Positions 20,001 through 28,774 of a stretch of 64,000 bases of DNA are shown piece after piece. The stretch spans positions 2,587 to 66,586 of the forward strand of contig JBAXRP010000001.1 in NCBI GenBank assembly GCA_037131145.1. The letters run 5' to 3'. The first letter of the stretch is position 1, and each line of letters starts with the position of its first letter. The position numbers and the translations under genes are program-made. Source of the stretch: Bacteroidota bacterium. Lineage in GTDB: Bacteria > Bacteroidota > Bacteroidia > Bacteroidales > FEN-979. The notes beneath the pieces are model-generated. The model made no database searches and was not told the DNA's origin. It saw only the letters and a list, made by a program, of their open reading frames with translations.

Positions 20001-20837
20001 ATGTCGCTACTACGACTTGGAAAACCGAATGAGAAAATTTTATGGAAAAACAACGATGAAATAGGACGTTTGGTGGCTGATTACAACAGGATGGTTGATG
20101 CACTTGATAACAGTGCAAATCAATTAGCTCTAAAGGAACGAGAAAGCGCCTGGCGGGAAATGGCGAGACAAGTAGCTCACGAAATTAAAAATCCGTTAAC
20201 ACCCATGAAACTGAGCGCCCAGTATCTTCAGAAATCATGGATTGAACATGCGCCAGATATGGGGCAACGGATTGCTCGTTTTACCAAAACCCTTGTAGAA
20301 CAGATAGATACTCTTTCAACCATTGCCTCCGATTTTTCAGGTTTTGCTAAAATGACTCCCCCAATATTTGAGCGATTCGATATTGTTGAAGTTATTAACA
20401 CGGTATTAGCATTGTATCCCGAATCTACCAATATCAGATATGTTTTTGAATCAGAAAATAACGCCTCAGAAATTCTTTCTGATCGTTTTCAATTTATACG
20501 TGTTTTGACAAATCTAATCAACAATGCAGTTCAGGCAATTGGTTCCCGAAAGGATGGATTAATCCGAATAATTCTGCATGAAACCTCTTATCACCTAATT
20601 ATTAAGGTTTCAGATAATGGGATCGGCATTCCCGCCGACCGGGCATCAAATATATTTCAACCCGATTTTACTACAAAAACTGGAGGGATGGGATTGGGAC
20701 TTGCCATTGTAAAGGGTATAATCTTGGATCTGAGGGGTGAAATTTCTTTTACTTCCATTGAAAACACAGGCACGAATTTTACTATAAGCCTTCCTAAAAA
20801 TATAAAAAATAACGATGGCAAATCCATTCAGAACTAA
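17061..20837 (+). CDS. sensor histidine kinase with a very large polytopic N-terminal region (NtrY-like H-box)
   Basis: 1258 aa with a TTG start and many hydrophobic helices across the first ~950 aa. A HAMP-like linker is followed by the H-box HEIKNPLTPM and the HATPase N/G boxes (NLINNAVQA, DNGIGI, GGMGLGL). Confidence 0.85.
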   Translation: MTKFKIEIFRFQKFQPLIVAGIIFLMIPFTDWCINRINIPENILLVFNQKIIIEEKALTVFVETISTNIDPNTLSNATGDSIYKLINHEKPKISLFIFRNDSLIFWNSNREIFPTDLVKSSETGFQILHLQNGWYSVYTKTIVSCKFIAFALIKNEYPITNSYLKNCFSEQFSLPENVSLSVKTTAYPVFSANNKYLVSLVLPPQLFYKLRIPESFQLSNNFSIVWYFVLFLLGTCFLLLFIYRIFLSLNYFKIRKIQFLLSISSIVLVLRIIQFYLQFPEHLYQTEIFSPALYSSSFILPSLGDFFFNSLLIFYITWIIGKVNSVNQSKTFDTKVMFIEYQVLLVVLFSLFAILEFLITDLIINSSFSLNFQNISDLTPISIFGLLILALLSGAFLIISNQLLDKIFSISSKIEWLIFGLIVSSILYGITCKATSIKINYAIILFFFVNAVFYWYLKSMQIPKYSIQHILFLLLFYSILATFLLNRANTLKENNKVNLLALNLISKQNPVTEDRYYQIAGKLRSDSILKRMLLSENSHEYYSDSLDIYLKTRYFKDYWRMYNIQITLCKPRQELRVEPKQYLIDCNLFFQNLIINYGETTSTPGLYYLDNGYGKEYYLAFLNFLESNAITKNQAQLYIEFTITGTIPDPGYPGLLLDKGRKDPTLRSNYTYAFYQQGRLVHVVGNANYLFELATYPHYSSVSPYFYDNDLKHFHFKINEDCDLLISKTRNGFFSEITPFSYLFFLYSFMALIITGFNMVQKGIYSKPVDLRTKLQISLTSLLILTMVIIGIVQIIYIININEKKNIDFLREKAFSVLTEFQHKFGGAGVASDVINRKNENFLIKLSNIFFCDINFYNVRGFLISSSRHEIFHAGLISERINPFAYQKMIIEHNSILIQEEVIGNMKFGSVYLPMHNDQGNLLGYINLPYFSRLDDLKKEISSFLVTFVNIYILIILSGALISFLLANYITSPLALLSTKMSLLRLGKPNEKILWKNNDEIGRLVADYNRMVDALDNSANQLALKERESAWREMARQVAHEIKNPLTPMKLSAQYLQKSWIEHAPDMGQRIARFTKTLVEQIDTLSTIASDFSGFAKMTPPIFERFDIVEVINTVLALYPESTNIRYVFESENNASEILSDRFQFIRVLTNLINNAVQAIGSRKDGLIRIILHETSYHLIIKVSDNGIGIPADRASNIFQPDFTTKTGGMGLGLAIVKGIILDLRGEISFTSIENTGTNFTISLPKNIKNNDGKSIQN

Positions 20838-21303
20838 AAGAGTATTTATCTTTGTTTATATCTTATTTTTAATGCTTAACCAAGCTTGCATCCGGGAAAA
20901 ACCAACTGAATTATATCATAAATTTCCCGGAAACCAATGGGATAGATTTAACTTTTTGAGTTTTGAAATTCCGATTGAAAAATCAAATGAAACTTATGAC
21001 ATTCTTTTGCTATTCAGTTTCACACCCGAATATCCATACGAGACACTTTTTTTTAACATGGACTTGAAAACGCCATCGGGGGAGGAGCGAATCAATGAAT
21101 ATCAGTTGAAAATAAAAACTAAAGACGGAAAATTTCTTGGTGAAGTTAAGGGTGATTCCTGTCAGCTTTCCATTACCTTGAAGCGGTATTTAAAAATTAC
21201 AAAACCAGGCATTCTAAAGATTGAACTCGAAAATCTGATCCCACGTATGACAACACAAGGGATATCAGGAGTTGTAATCAGTATAATGCATTCAGGCAAG
21301 TAG
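20815..21303 (+). CDS. gldH: GldH-like gliding-motility lipoprotein
   Basis: 162 aa with a signal peptide and lipobox (LNQAC). The W..F.F, YDI....F..EYPYE.LFF and TPSGE pattern resembles GldH. It overlaps the kinase stop by 23 nt. Confidence 0.55.
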   Translation: MANPFRTKRVFIFVYILFLMLNQACIREKPTELYHKFPGNQWDRFNFLSFEIPIEKSNETYDILLLFSFTPEYPYETLFFNMDLKTPSGEERINEYQLKIKTKDGKFLGEVKGDSCQLSITLKRYLKITKPGILKIELENLIPRMTTQGISGVVISIMHSGK

Positions 21304-21744
21304 ATATAACGCCTTTCGTTTATCCTCACGAATTTGAAATGCGAGTTCATCAAGATTCTTGAACTTTATTTCGGCACGTATTCTGTCAATAAATTTAACG
21401 ACCAGGGTTTTTCCATATAGATCCTCGGAAAAATCGAATATATGAATTTCCACTCTCATTGTTTTTCCATCAACAGTTGGTCGAATTCCAGCGTTCGCAA
21501 TTCCTTTCAAAACACGCATTTCGACTACAGTATTAACAGCATAAACTCCATAAGGTGGTAAAAATAGATTGTTATCATCTAGTTCAAGATTGGCAGTTGG
21601 AAAACCCAACTTCCTACCCAAATGATTTCCATGAACCACGATACCTGTAATCGAATAAATATCTCCAGTAAGTTGAATAAATAGCCGCATGTTTCCCTCT
21701 GCAAGAGCGACTTTTGCTATCTCTGAAAACTTCTCAGGATTCAT
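21292..21744 (-). CDS. monofunctional riboflavin kinase (RibF C-terminal domain only)
   Basis: 150 aa with GRKLGFPTANL, YGVYAV and HIFDFSEDLYGK motifs. There is no FAD-synthetase domain. It starts 5 nt after the upstream gene. Confidence 0.85.
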   Translation of the reverse strand: MNPEKFSEIAKVALAEGNMRLFIQLTGDIYSITGIVVHGNHLGRKLGFPTANLELDDNNLFLPPYGVYAVNTVVEMRVLKGIANAGIRPTVDGKTMRVEIHIFDFSEDLYGKTLVVKFIDRIRAEIKFKNLDELAFQIREDKRKALYLLA

Positions 21745-21749
21745 CCACG

Positions 21750-22658
21750 TTAGAAAAGATTCTTATCTTTTTTACTAAGCCTTTTAATCATAATCAACTC
21801 ATAAACCGCATAAATATAATGAGCCCACACACCTAAAAGCATGACTATAAGTGTAATTATCATCCACATGGGAGCAATAGGAGTCCATAATTCCCGCGAA
21901 GGAACTTCCGCCTTGTAATATTGTTTTGGTACGCCCCAGTTTATAGTGTTTTTACCCTCCACAGCTCCATAAACGTCATGCTCTTCAATTCTCGCAATCA
22001 CAACAAGGTTTCCCAGAGTATCTCCAACAATCTCTTTTGGAAACTCAAGTGTTCCTGTTCCCGTTTCATCCAGCGAAATCTCGCCAATTTTAAGAAGGCT
22101 GAAAAGCCTTGGTACATATATAATAACAGTTTCTTTAGAAATCGGAATTACCTCTCTTTTCGCATTTTTCTGAGTTGCTGTAACTTTTAGTGTTTTAACA
22201 GAATCCTCGATGCTGAAAAAAAGCTTAAGACTAGCGGGTTTTGCGGTAAAAGAGGCCTCAGCGTCCTGATATCTATCGGTTCCGGTAAATTTTGCCAAGT
22301 ATGAAATCATTCCGTCTTTGTTTGTCGGTAAACCAGAATGCGAGAAAGTAAATTTGGCAATTCCCTCTTGATTTGTTTTAACTTTCCCAATTACCATGTT
22401 AGATGTTTCCCCAATCACAATAAATTCAATCTGAGCATCTTCGAGGGCAAGTGTAATGTCTCCACGTTTGATAAGCAGCGTAGCTGTGAGGTTCACTGAA
22501 TCCTGCGGACCACATAAATAGCCCAAAGTAAGCCGGGTTTCTATAGTCATATTTACAGAATCCGACTTTTCCTCTGCTTTCAGATAGTTTGGTTGCATCA
22601 TTGTGATGCACAAAACCAAAATGGTCATAAAAGAGTTATAATTTTTCATAATGATCAT
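21750..22658 (-). CDS. periplasmic beta-rich protein with a signal peptide and C-terminal TM anchor (function unknown)
   Basis: 302 aa. N-terminal hydrophobic leader and a C-terminal helix (MWMIITLIVMLLGVWAHYIYAVY). It is the last structural gene of the NrfCD/cytochrome operon. Confidence 0.65.
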   Translation of the reverse strand: MIIMKNYNSFMTILVLCITMMQPNYLKAEEKSDSVNMTIETRLTLGYLCGPQDSVNLTATLLIKRGDITLALEDAQIEFIVIGETSNMVIGKVKTNQEGIAKFTFSHSGLPTNKDGMISYLAKFTGTDRYQDAEASFTAKPASLKLFFSIEDSVKTLKVTATQKNAKREVIPISKETVIIYVPRLFSLLKIGEISLDETGTGTLEFPKEIVGDTLGNLVVIARIEEHDVYGAVEGKNTINWGVPKQYYKAEVPSRELWTPIAPMWMIITLIVMLLGVWAHYIYAVYELIMIKRLSKKDKNLF

Positions 22659-22675
22659 TTAATTTCAGTTTAGTT

Positions 22676-23995
22676 TCAAACCAATATATCATCCTTTTTT
22701 GCTTCTTCCCGCAAACCAGTTACTGGTACAATGGGTACAAACTTTGAGGCAAGCGTAAATAGAAGGCAGAACACGGCAACTCCCGCAGCATTCAAGCTCC
22801 ATTCCACCCAAGTAGCCGTATAATTTAACCACTCAGGCCTTGCATCCTGTATGGGGAGATACGGCGACTCAAGTGTAGGCACCACAATAATATAACGATT
22901 CAACCAAAGAGCTATAACGACAACAATTGAAGTAAGCGTGATATTAGTTATCGTTCTGAATTTTGGTATTCCTACCACGATCAGCGGTAACAGCACACCA
23001 ATATAATTGGAGATAATAAAGGGCCAGTAGAATTCTTTAAAAAGCAACTGAATAAGTAATTCGTCATTTTTTTCCGACCCATACCATTTCGTCAGGTAAT
23101 CGCTAAAAGTAAAATATCCAAAAAATGCGGCAAGCACAAGCATTATTACCCCAACAGCAACGAAGTGTTTTTTTGTAATGTATTCCTCAAGATGATAAAC
23201 CTTTCTAAAAATCCACATTGTGATTATCAGTACTGCGCTTCCCGAATATACAGCCGCAATTACAAAGTAAGGGCCAAAAATAGTACTGTGCCAACCAGGT
23301 TGCAGTGTAACGCTAAAAATCCACGCCAATACAGAATAAACGATAATAGCTATGGAAATTACCATCGCAGCCATAATATCTGTTGCACTGTTGAGACGCT
23401 GCTGTTGTTCCGGGGTGCCGGTATAACCCAATGCAAGGGCTTTATAAAGGCGTTTTCTCCACATAGGAAGTCGTAGGAAGTCATCATCACGAAGTGTTGC
23501 CAGATCGCGTAATAAGGCAAGATAAAGAAAAATGAAACACCCAAAAATATCGGTTGAAATGGCAATTACGTCCCATGTAATTGGTGATTGAATACGTCCA
23601 AAAATTACAAGATAATAAAGTTTATCAAGTCTTCCAATGCAAAGAAGAATAAAGCAAGGGCCGATTAAAAGTGAAATTACAGTGATAAATTCTGCCATTC
23701 TGATAACCGGTTTGCGCCAGGGTGTTTTGAATAAGTGGAGTGTGCCAGAAATCAAAGCGCCAGCGTAACTGATTCCCATAAAAAAAATGAAGTTGACGAT
23801 ATAAACACCCCAAACAACATTATCGCGCATACCTGTTACTTCATGTCCTTTTATAACCTGTTGTAGAAAAGCATAAATTCCAAGACCGATCACGGCAAGC
23901 AGGAATACAATCCAGGCATATCCTACAAAACTAGTTTGCTCAAGTTGCGGCGCAAATTCTCTTAATGGACTTTTTTTTTCGTTTTCCATATTCAC
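22676..23995 (-). CDS. NrfD/PsrC-family polytopic quinone-interacting membrane subunit
   Basis: 439 aa with about 10 TM helices. The N-terminal signature (GHEVTGMRDNVVWGVYIVNFIFFMGISYAG) is typical of NrfD. ATGA overlap with the upstream gene. Confidence 0.8.
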   Translation of the reverse strand: MNMENEKKSPLREFAPQLEQTSFVGYAWIVFLLAVIGLGIYAFLQQVIKGHEVTGMRDNVVWGVYIVNFIFFMGISYAGALISGTLHLFKTPWRKPVIRMAEFITVISLLIGPCFILLCIGRLDKLYYLVIFGRIQSPITWDVIAISTDIFGCFIFLYLALLRDLATLRDDDFLRLPMWRKRLYKALALGYTGTPEQQQRLNSATDIMAAMVISIAIIVYSVLAWIFSVTLQPGWHSTIFGPYFVIAAVYSGSAVLIITMWIFRKVYHLEEYITKKHFVAVGVIMLVLAAFFGYFTFSDYLTKWYGSEKNDELLIQLLFKEFYWPFIISNYIGVLLPLIVVGIPKFRTITNITLTSIVVVIALWLNRYIIVVPTLESPYLPIQDARPEWLNYTATWVEWSLNAAGVAVFCLLFTLASKFVPIVPVTGLREEAKKDDILV

Positions 23996-24954
23996 GGCTT
24001 ATTTTTTTTACTGTATGGTGTATCCTTATATCTGCTTTTTACCTCATCAGTCAAATCCGGAAAACCACGATCAACGGGAAACTGACGATCAACGGGTGGT
24101 AGGTAATAAACACAAGGCCTTGTACCAAGAGTTTCAAGGTATCTGTATCCAGCCCGGTCACGGATTAACTGGCTGAACTGATATGTTTCAGTTCCATTGG
24201 TTACAGTATCTTCATCCACATCCCCAAAATATATTACGCCCATCGGGCAGGCGGAAACGCAATATGGCACTTTGCCAACCCGTATCAGGTCGGGACAAAA
24301 ATCGCATTTAGAAACAGTGCCCTCCTTTCCAGGGCTGCTCGCTTCCGGTGAATAGGGCTCTTTATCTTCATCAAACTCGTGATAATGTTTCCATGCAAAA
24401 ACACGGGTTGAATATGGGCAACCTGTCATGCAGAATTTGCATCCAATGCAACGTTCATTATCGATCAATACAATTCCATCGCTTCGTTTATATGTGGCGC
24501 CAACCGGGCAAACACTCACGCACAAAGGGTTGTCGCAGTGAAAGCAGGGTTTTGGAAACCAGTACGGAGAAGTTTTTTCAGAATCCTGTAACAAGTACAC
24601 CTTCAAAAACTCCTGACTTTTTGGAAGATGATGCCCTTTCTGGCAGGCCTCTACGCATTTCCTGGCATTTTTGCATTTACCAAGATCAATAACCATGACA
24701 AATTTTCGTCCTGGAAGTCCTTTATGGGATTCTTCGCGTGATACCCTCGGCAGTTTAAGAAGGCCTCTATCCACTTCCATAATTTCTCCTTCAGTGGTGA
24801 GGACTTTTACCTTCTTTCCGGATTCGGTTGCATTCGCGTCAACGTATGCTGCAACCAATCCACTACCGGCTGCTATTCCGGCTCCAGCCAGTAGCCCTTT
24901 TTTCAAAAACTGTCTTCTGGTATTTTTTTTATTCTGATTAGTATGCTCTTCCAC
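23992..24954 (-). CDS. Tat-exported 4Fe-4S ferredoxin-type subunit (NrfC/PsrB/DmsB-like)
   Basis: 320 aa with the twin-arginine leader TRRQFLKKGLLAGAG. Four Cys clusters: CKNARKCVEAC, CFHCDNPLCVSVCP, CIGCKFCMTGCP, CDFC...CVSACP. Confidence 0.85.
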   Translation of the reverse strand: MEEHTNQNKKNTRRQFLKKGLLAGAGIAAGSGLVAAYVDANATESGKKVKVLTTEGEIMEVDRGLLKLPRVSREESHKGLPGRKFVMVIDLGKCKNARKCVEACQKGHHLPKSQEFLKVYLLQDSEKTSPYWFPKPCFHCDNPLCVSVCPVGATYKRSDGIVLIDNERCIGCKFCMTGCPYSTRVFAWKHYHEFDEDKEPYSPEASSPGKEGTVSKCDFCPDLIRVGKVPYCVSACPMGVIYFGDVDEDTVTNGTETYQFSQLIRDRAGYRYLETLGTRPCVYYLPPVDRQFPVDRGFPDLTDEVKSRYKDTPYSKKNKP

Positions 24955-24965
24955 GTTTCTGGGTT

Positions 24966-25589
24966 TTAATGTGACTCATGATAACCATTGATCATGCTTT
25001 TAAAATTACTTGTCGGATTTTTTCCGATAGTGCAAAAATATATGTGAACACACATGATTAGACTAATGCCAAAGCCAGAAATAATATGCACAAAATCGGT
25101 CAGATCCAATCCGCTGAAACCGAAAATACTGTTAACGGTGATTTCCGGATACAACAGACCGAATCCGGAAATAATTACAAATGGCACCAGAACATACATC
25201 AGAACAACATAGGTAACTTGTTGTAACGGATTAAATTTTTCTTCCTCATTAACCGGAAAAGGGGCTTGTTCATTTTTGAAAATTCCTATTGTATAAAAAT
25301 ATAGTTGTTTTTTCAGCCTGTCAAATGTATTTTTCAGCGGAATTACATAATGACCGCCGTTTTTCGTGAAAAGATTCCCGAAAAAGAAAACAATGTAACT
25401 TAATGAAAGCAGCATCCCCGCAATATTATGCAAAGTAACAGCCATATTAAATTTAACAATTGTTGAAGGATTTGAAAACTGGATACTTAAACCTGTAATA
25501 ATTAAAATCAAACAAAGTAGTGCATTTGTCAAGTGCCAAATCCTGATCCAAACAGGATACAAATAAAGGCGTTGGGAGCTATGATTCAT
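24966..25589 (-). CDS. membrane di-haem cytochrome b-like subunit (PhsC / Ni-Fe hydrogenase cytochrome b family-like)
   Basis: 207 aa with 4 predicted TM helices and conserved-looking His residues (WIRIWHLTNA, TLHNIAG, FVHIISG, CVHIYF). Confidence 0.6.
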   Translation of the reverse strand: MNHSSQRLYLYPVWIRIWHLTNALLCLILIITGLSIQFSNPSTIVKFNMAVTLHNIAGMLLSLSYIVFFFGNLFTKNGGHYVIPLKNTFDRLKKQLYFYTIGIFKNEQAPFPVNEEEKFNPLQQVTYVVLMYVLVPFVIISGFGLLYPEITVNSIFGFSGLDLTDFVHIISGFGISLIMCVHIYFCTIGKNPTSNFKSMINGYHESH

Positions 25590-26616
25590 GTGGATGATTA
25601 TTTTTAATGCGCAAAACTGCGTGGATAATTATTACGAGAATGGTTAGTCCAAAAATAATCAGACTAATTATATTTAAGGTGTTACTTTGATCTGGTCCAA
25701 TAGTGGTGGAATTTCCCATTAGCAAACCTTTAATAAAACCTTCTTTCTGAATTTGCGAACTCACCTGGTATTTATATAAGGAGGCGTAAAGAATAGAATT
25801 CTGTGAATGGCAGGATTCACACTTTCTGACCGCCAGGCTCTTAGGTACAACATGATGGGCAACAACCAAAGTATCCTCATTTTTGGCATGACATTCAATA
25901 CATCTAACATTTGTAAAATGAGAGGCCTGATTTGGCAGCCATTCATGTTTTTGAAGGATATTTGGATTTACTTTGTCGGTAAGTAACTGATAATTTTTTA
26001 TATCTGCATGACAGTTCAGGCATATAAGGTTATCATAAGTAATAGTTTCTTTAAGGATATTGGTATTACGCGCATTGATTTTGTAGGTATGTGCATCATG
26101 ACACATCCAGCATGTAAAATCTTCGCTATGTTTCTCGGAATGGACACTGGCCATAAAGCCTGTATCAATTTGTTCAAATTGAAATTTTGCGTATTTCTCA
26201 TCTCCACCATGACAGTCAATACAAGTGGCAATTGCTTCCATGCGAAGGTTGCCGTTATGGGGGAAAGTACCATAATCTTCGGAATGACAATCGGTACATT
26301 TAAACTCGCGGTGGTTGGACGAGTAAAAAAGTTCGCGGTTGATTATAACTTCTGAATACATCCGTTTGGAAACATTTCTATTTGCTTCTTTATTTTGATA
26401 TGTATATTTTGACTGACCGTGACATTTGAAGCAGTTTTCGTTTTCGATATAATTTTTAAATTTCGTAAAATCAGTCTTTGCCTGTTGTTCTTTTTCGGTT
26501 TGAGTTGTAATAATAGGCTTTGAATCAGATGTTTTTAAAAGGATAAGGGCAATGGCGCACAAAAGCAACATCATAAGAACGAGCCAGGCCGGGCGTAAAT
26601 TTGCTTTATAAATCAT
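25579..26616 (-). CDS. membrane-anchored heptahaem cytochrome c
   Basis: 345 aa with seven CxxCH motifs (CFKCH, CTDCH, CIDCH, CWMCH, CLNCH, CIECH, CESCH). It has both an N-terminal hydrophobic anchor and a C-terminal TM helix. Confidence 0.85.
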   Translation of the reverse strand: MIYKANLRPAWLVLMMLLLCAIALILLKTSDSKPIITTQTEKEQQAKTDFTKFKNYIENENCFKCHGQSKYTYQNKEANRNVSKRMYSEVIINRELFYSSNHREFKCTDCHSEDYGTFPHNGNLRMEAIATCIDCHGGDEKYAKFQFEQIDTGFMASVHSEKHSEDFTCWMCHDAHTYKINARNTNILKETITYDNLICLNCHADIKNYQLLTDKVNPNILQKHEWLPNQASHFTNVRCIECHAKNEDTLVVAHHVVPKSLAVRKCESCHSQNSILYASLYKYQVSSQIQKEGFIKGLLMGNSTTIGPDQSNTLNIISLIIFGLTILVIIIHAVLRIKNNHPHES

Positions 26617-26649
26617 AGTATCTTAAAAGTAAGTATGAGGGATTGCATT

Positions 26650-26697
26650 GCAAAACAAATGGGTGTAAACAGGAAATTATCTGTTTTACACCCATTT
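26650..26697 (-). terminator. terminator hairpin after the 138-aa cytochrome c gene
   Basis: A 16-17 bp stem with one bulge: aaatgggtgtaaacag (26657-26672) pairs with ctgttttacacccattt (26681-26697). A short U-rich tract follows on the minus strand. Confidence 0.6.
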
Positions 26698-26725
26698 GGT
26701 TAATCATATTAGAACCGGTATGCAG

Positions 26726-27142
26726 TTATTTCTTGAAAGTGCGCATGTAGGCAACCAACGACCAACGATCGTTTGCATCGGGAATTTTCTTTTCGTAGGC
26801 AGGCATTTCATCTCGGCCTTTATCAGTGCGGAAGAAAAGTTCGCCATCAGTGGATCCCTGGAAAGCTGCTGAAGAGAAATCTCCCGGAAAAGTTTTTAGG
26901 GAAGCGCCCTTTGGTCCATCACCCAACCCTTTGCTGCCATGGCACGATTTACAATGTTTTGCCCAAAGTTCCTTCCCGGTAGCTACATCAGCTTTTGCTG
27001 AGGCTTTCAGAGCCTTGTCTTTATCGGGAACAGGCCATGCCTTTGCTTTGGCTTGTTGTGCTGAAGCAGCCTGACCAAACAGAAAAACAACAGCAACGAT
27101 AGCTGTTACGATGATTGTTGCAATTTTTTGAGATGTTTTCAT
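26726..27142 (-). CDS. periplasmic monohaem class I cytochrome c
   Basis: 138 aa with a signal peptide ending ASA-QQ, a single CKSCHG motif and a distal Met (DEMPAY). Confidence 0.85.
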   Translation of the reverse strand: MKTSQKIATIIVTAIVAVVFLFGQAASAQQAKAKAWPVPDKDKALKASAKADVATGKELWAKHCKSCHGSKGLGDGPKGASLKTFPGDFSSAAFQGSTDGELFFRTDKGRDEMPAYEKKIPDANDRWSLVAYMRTFKK

Positions 27143-27186
27143 AATTTTTAATTGTTAGTTATTTGACATTTTGTTTTGGTTTTGGA

Positions 27187-28254
27187 TTAAAAGGTCCATA
27201 ACCGGGTTATATTAAATCCAAGAAGAATAGCGCCATTATATGGATTATTGTTATTATACATAACTGTTTCCTGGGGAAGAAGTCCATTTGCTGCTGTTAA
27301 AAAAATCTGGAAAGCATGGGTACTTGTTGAAATTTCCACGCCAAGACCAAAATTGGGCCACGGGGCAGTATTGACATAAGTAAATACAGGTTGAGAGTAA
27401 CTTAAAATGATTGAAGCCTGCGGACTTATCTTCACTTTTCCTATACCTGAGATATTGATATTATCGTTTTTCATTCCATTTACATGGTTATTGTCTGCTT
27501 CTGCTTGATCAACCAGATTATAATGTACCCATGAAATCCCCAATTGTGCTGAAAATTCTTTACAAAATCTACGTGCAAACATAAATTCAGCAAAATATGA
27601 AAACCTGTAAGAAGCTTTAAAGGTTTGGTCAAAAAGATTTCCCAGATCAGACTGATTAGCTCCATTTAATCCTGTTGCCTGGTTGTATGTAATATAGTTC
27701 AGTCCAGAGTTTGTATCATTTTCAATTATCTGATTTTGAATACTTCTCCGAAACGCTGTATCCTTAACTAAGGAATTGTAATCAAGATCAGATAGTAGTT
27801 TATTATTTCCAAGCGATGACTTGTTACTGGCATTGATCGCTACATTTCCGAAAAAACTAATGGTGACAGGAAAACCATCTTTTCTCTGGCGGGCAATTAC
27901 ATATTTAATGTTGAAATCCTGGAGCATTTTTAGCTTAGTGGTTCCAAACCCCACCTGTAGATTTTTTGTTATTGTAAAATTAAGCCCGAGACGGATGTTT
28001 GAAGCGCCCCAAATACCATACAGGTCAGACCAGTGTTGTTGTATCGTTCCAAAGTCATGCTGGATAACAGCTTCAAGGGTTCTTGCAGGGGGCAGAAAAA
28101 CTGTTCGGTCTGCCATAAAATAACCGCTTTCAAATGGAGCTTTTGCCAATGGTTTCTGGGTTGGTTGTTCAGGGATCGAATCCTGCGCAAAACCCATTCC
28201 AAGACCGCTCATCATGAAGATGAAACCCAGCGCTAATCGTTTCATTTTATCCAT
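27187..28254 (-). CDS. putative outer-membrane beta-barrel protein (DUF5777-like)
   Basis: 355 aa with a signal peptide (GMGFAQD), alternating hydrophobic beta-strand patterns and a C-terminal aromatic beta-signal (ITRLWTF). The family name is from memory and unverified. Confidence 0.55.
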   Translation of the reverse strand: MDKMKRLALGFIFMMSGLGMGFAQDSIPEQPTQKPLAKAPFESGYFMADRTVFLPPARTLEAVIQHDFGTIQQHWSDLYGIWGASNIRLGLNFTITKNLQVGFGTTKLKMLQDFNIKYVIARQRKDGFPVTISFFGNVAINASNKSSLGNNKLLSDLDYNSLVKDTAFRRSIQNQIIENDTNSGLNYITYNQATGLNGANQSDLGNLFDQTFKASYRFSYFAEFMFARRFCKEFSAQLGISWVHYNLVDQAEADNNHVNGMKNDNINISGIGKVKISPQASIILSYSQPVFTYVNTAPWPNFGLGVEISTSTHAFQIFLTAANGLLPQETVMYNNNNPYNGAILLGFNITRLWTF

Positions 28255-28300
28255 AAGATTTATGTATGTATTTCGATTAATATTAGTGTGAAAAAATCAA

Positions 28301-28693
28301 TTAATTATTTACCGCGCCCTCATTGATCCATTTTAAGACTGAATCGGCATTCGCTTTGTTACAATGCTGGCTCATCCCTCCCCCGGGAGCCATTTCGATA
28401 TAAAGGTCGCTGTTTTCCGGAACGGCTATGTCTATCATACCAGCCATATTCTTCAATGCCAGATAGGATTTTCCATCAATCAGAACTGGTGGATTCTGCC
28501 CAATACCATGACAACTAACGCATTTTTCATTAAAAATGGGTTGTATTTCCCCGGCATAGCTAATTTTACCTGGTACCGGAGGAGGAGGAGGAGGTGAAGG
28601 AGGATCAGGTACGATTAAATCCTTCGTACATGCAGAAAAGATAAAAAGCACGAAAAAGATCGTAATCAGTTTTTTCAACTTTTTGCTTTGCAT
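28301..28693 (-). CDS. monohaem c-type cytochrome lipoprotein with a poly-proline linker
   Basis: 130 aa with lipobox FSAC-TKD and linker PDPPSPPPPPPVPG, then IQPIFNEKCVSCHG (a PSCyt-like haem motif). Confidence 0.7.
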   Translation of the reverse strand: MQSKKLKKLITIFFVLFIFSACTKDLIVPDPPSPPPPPPVPGKISYAGEIQPIFNEKCVSCHGIGQNPPVLIDGKSYLALKNMAGMIDIAVPENSDLYIEMAPGGGMSQHCNKANADSVLKWINEGAVNN

Positions 28694-28774
28694 AATTATA
28701 TTTTTAGGTTAAACTATTAATAATTCGATAACAATTGGTTTTCTGAGGTACTTGAAATGTGATTTTTCATGTTT

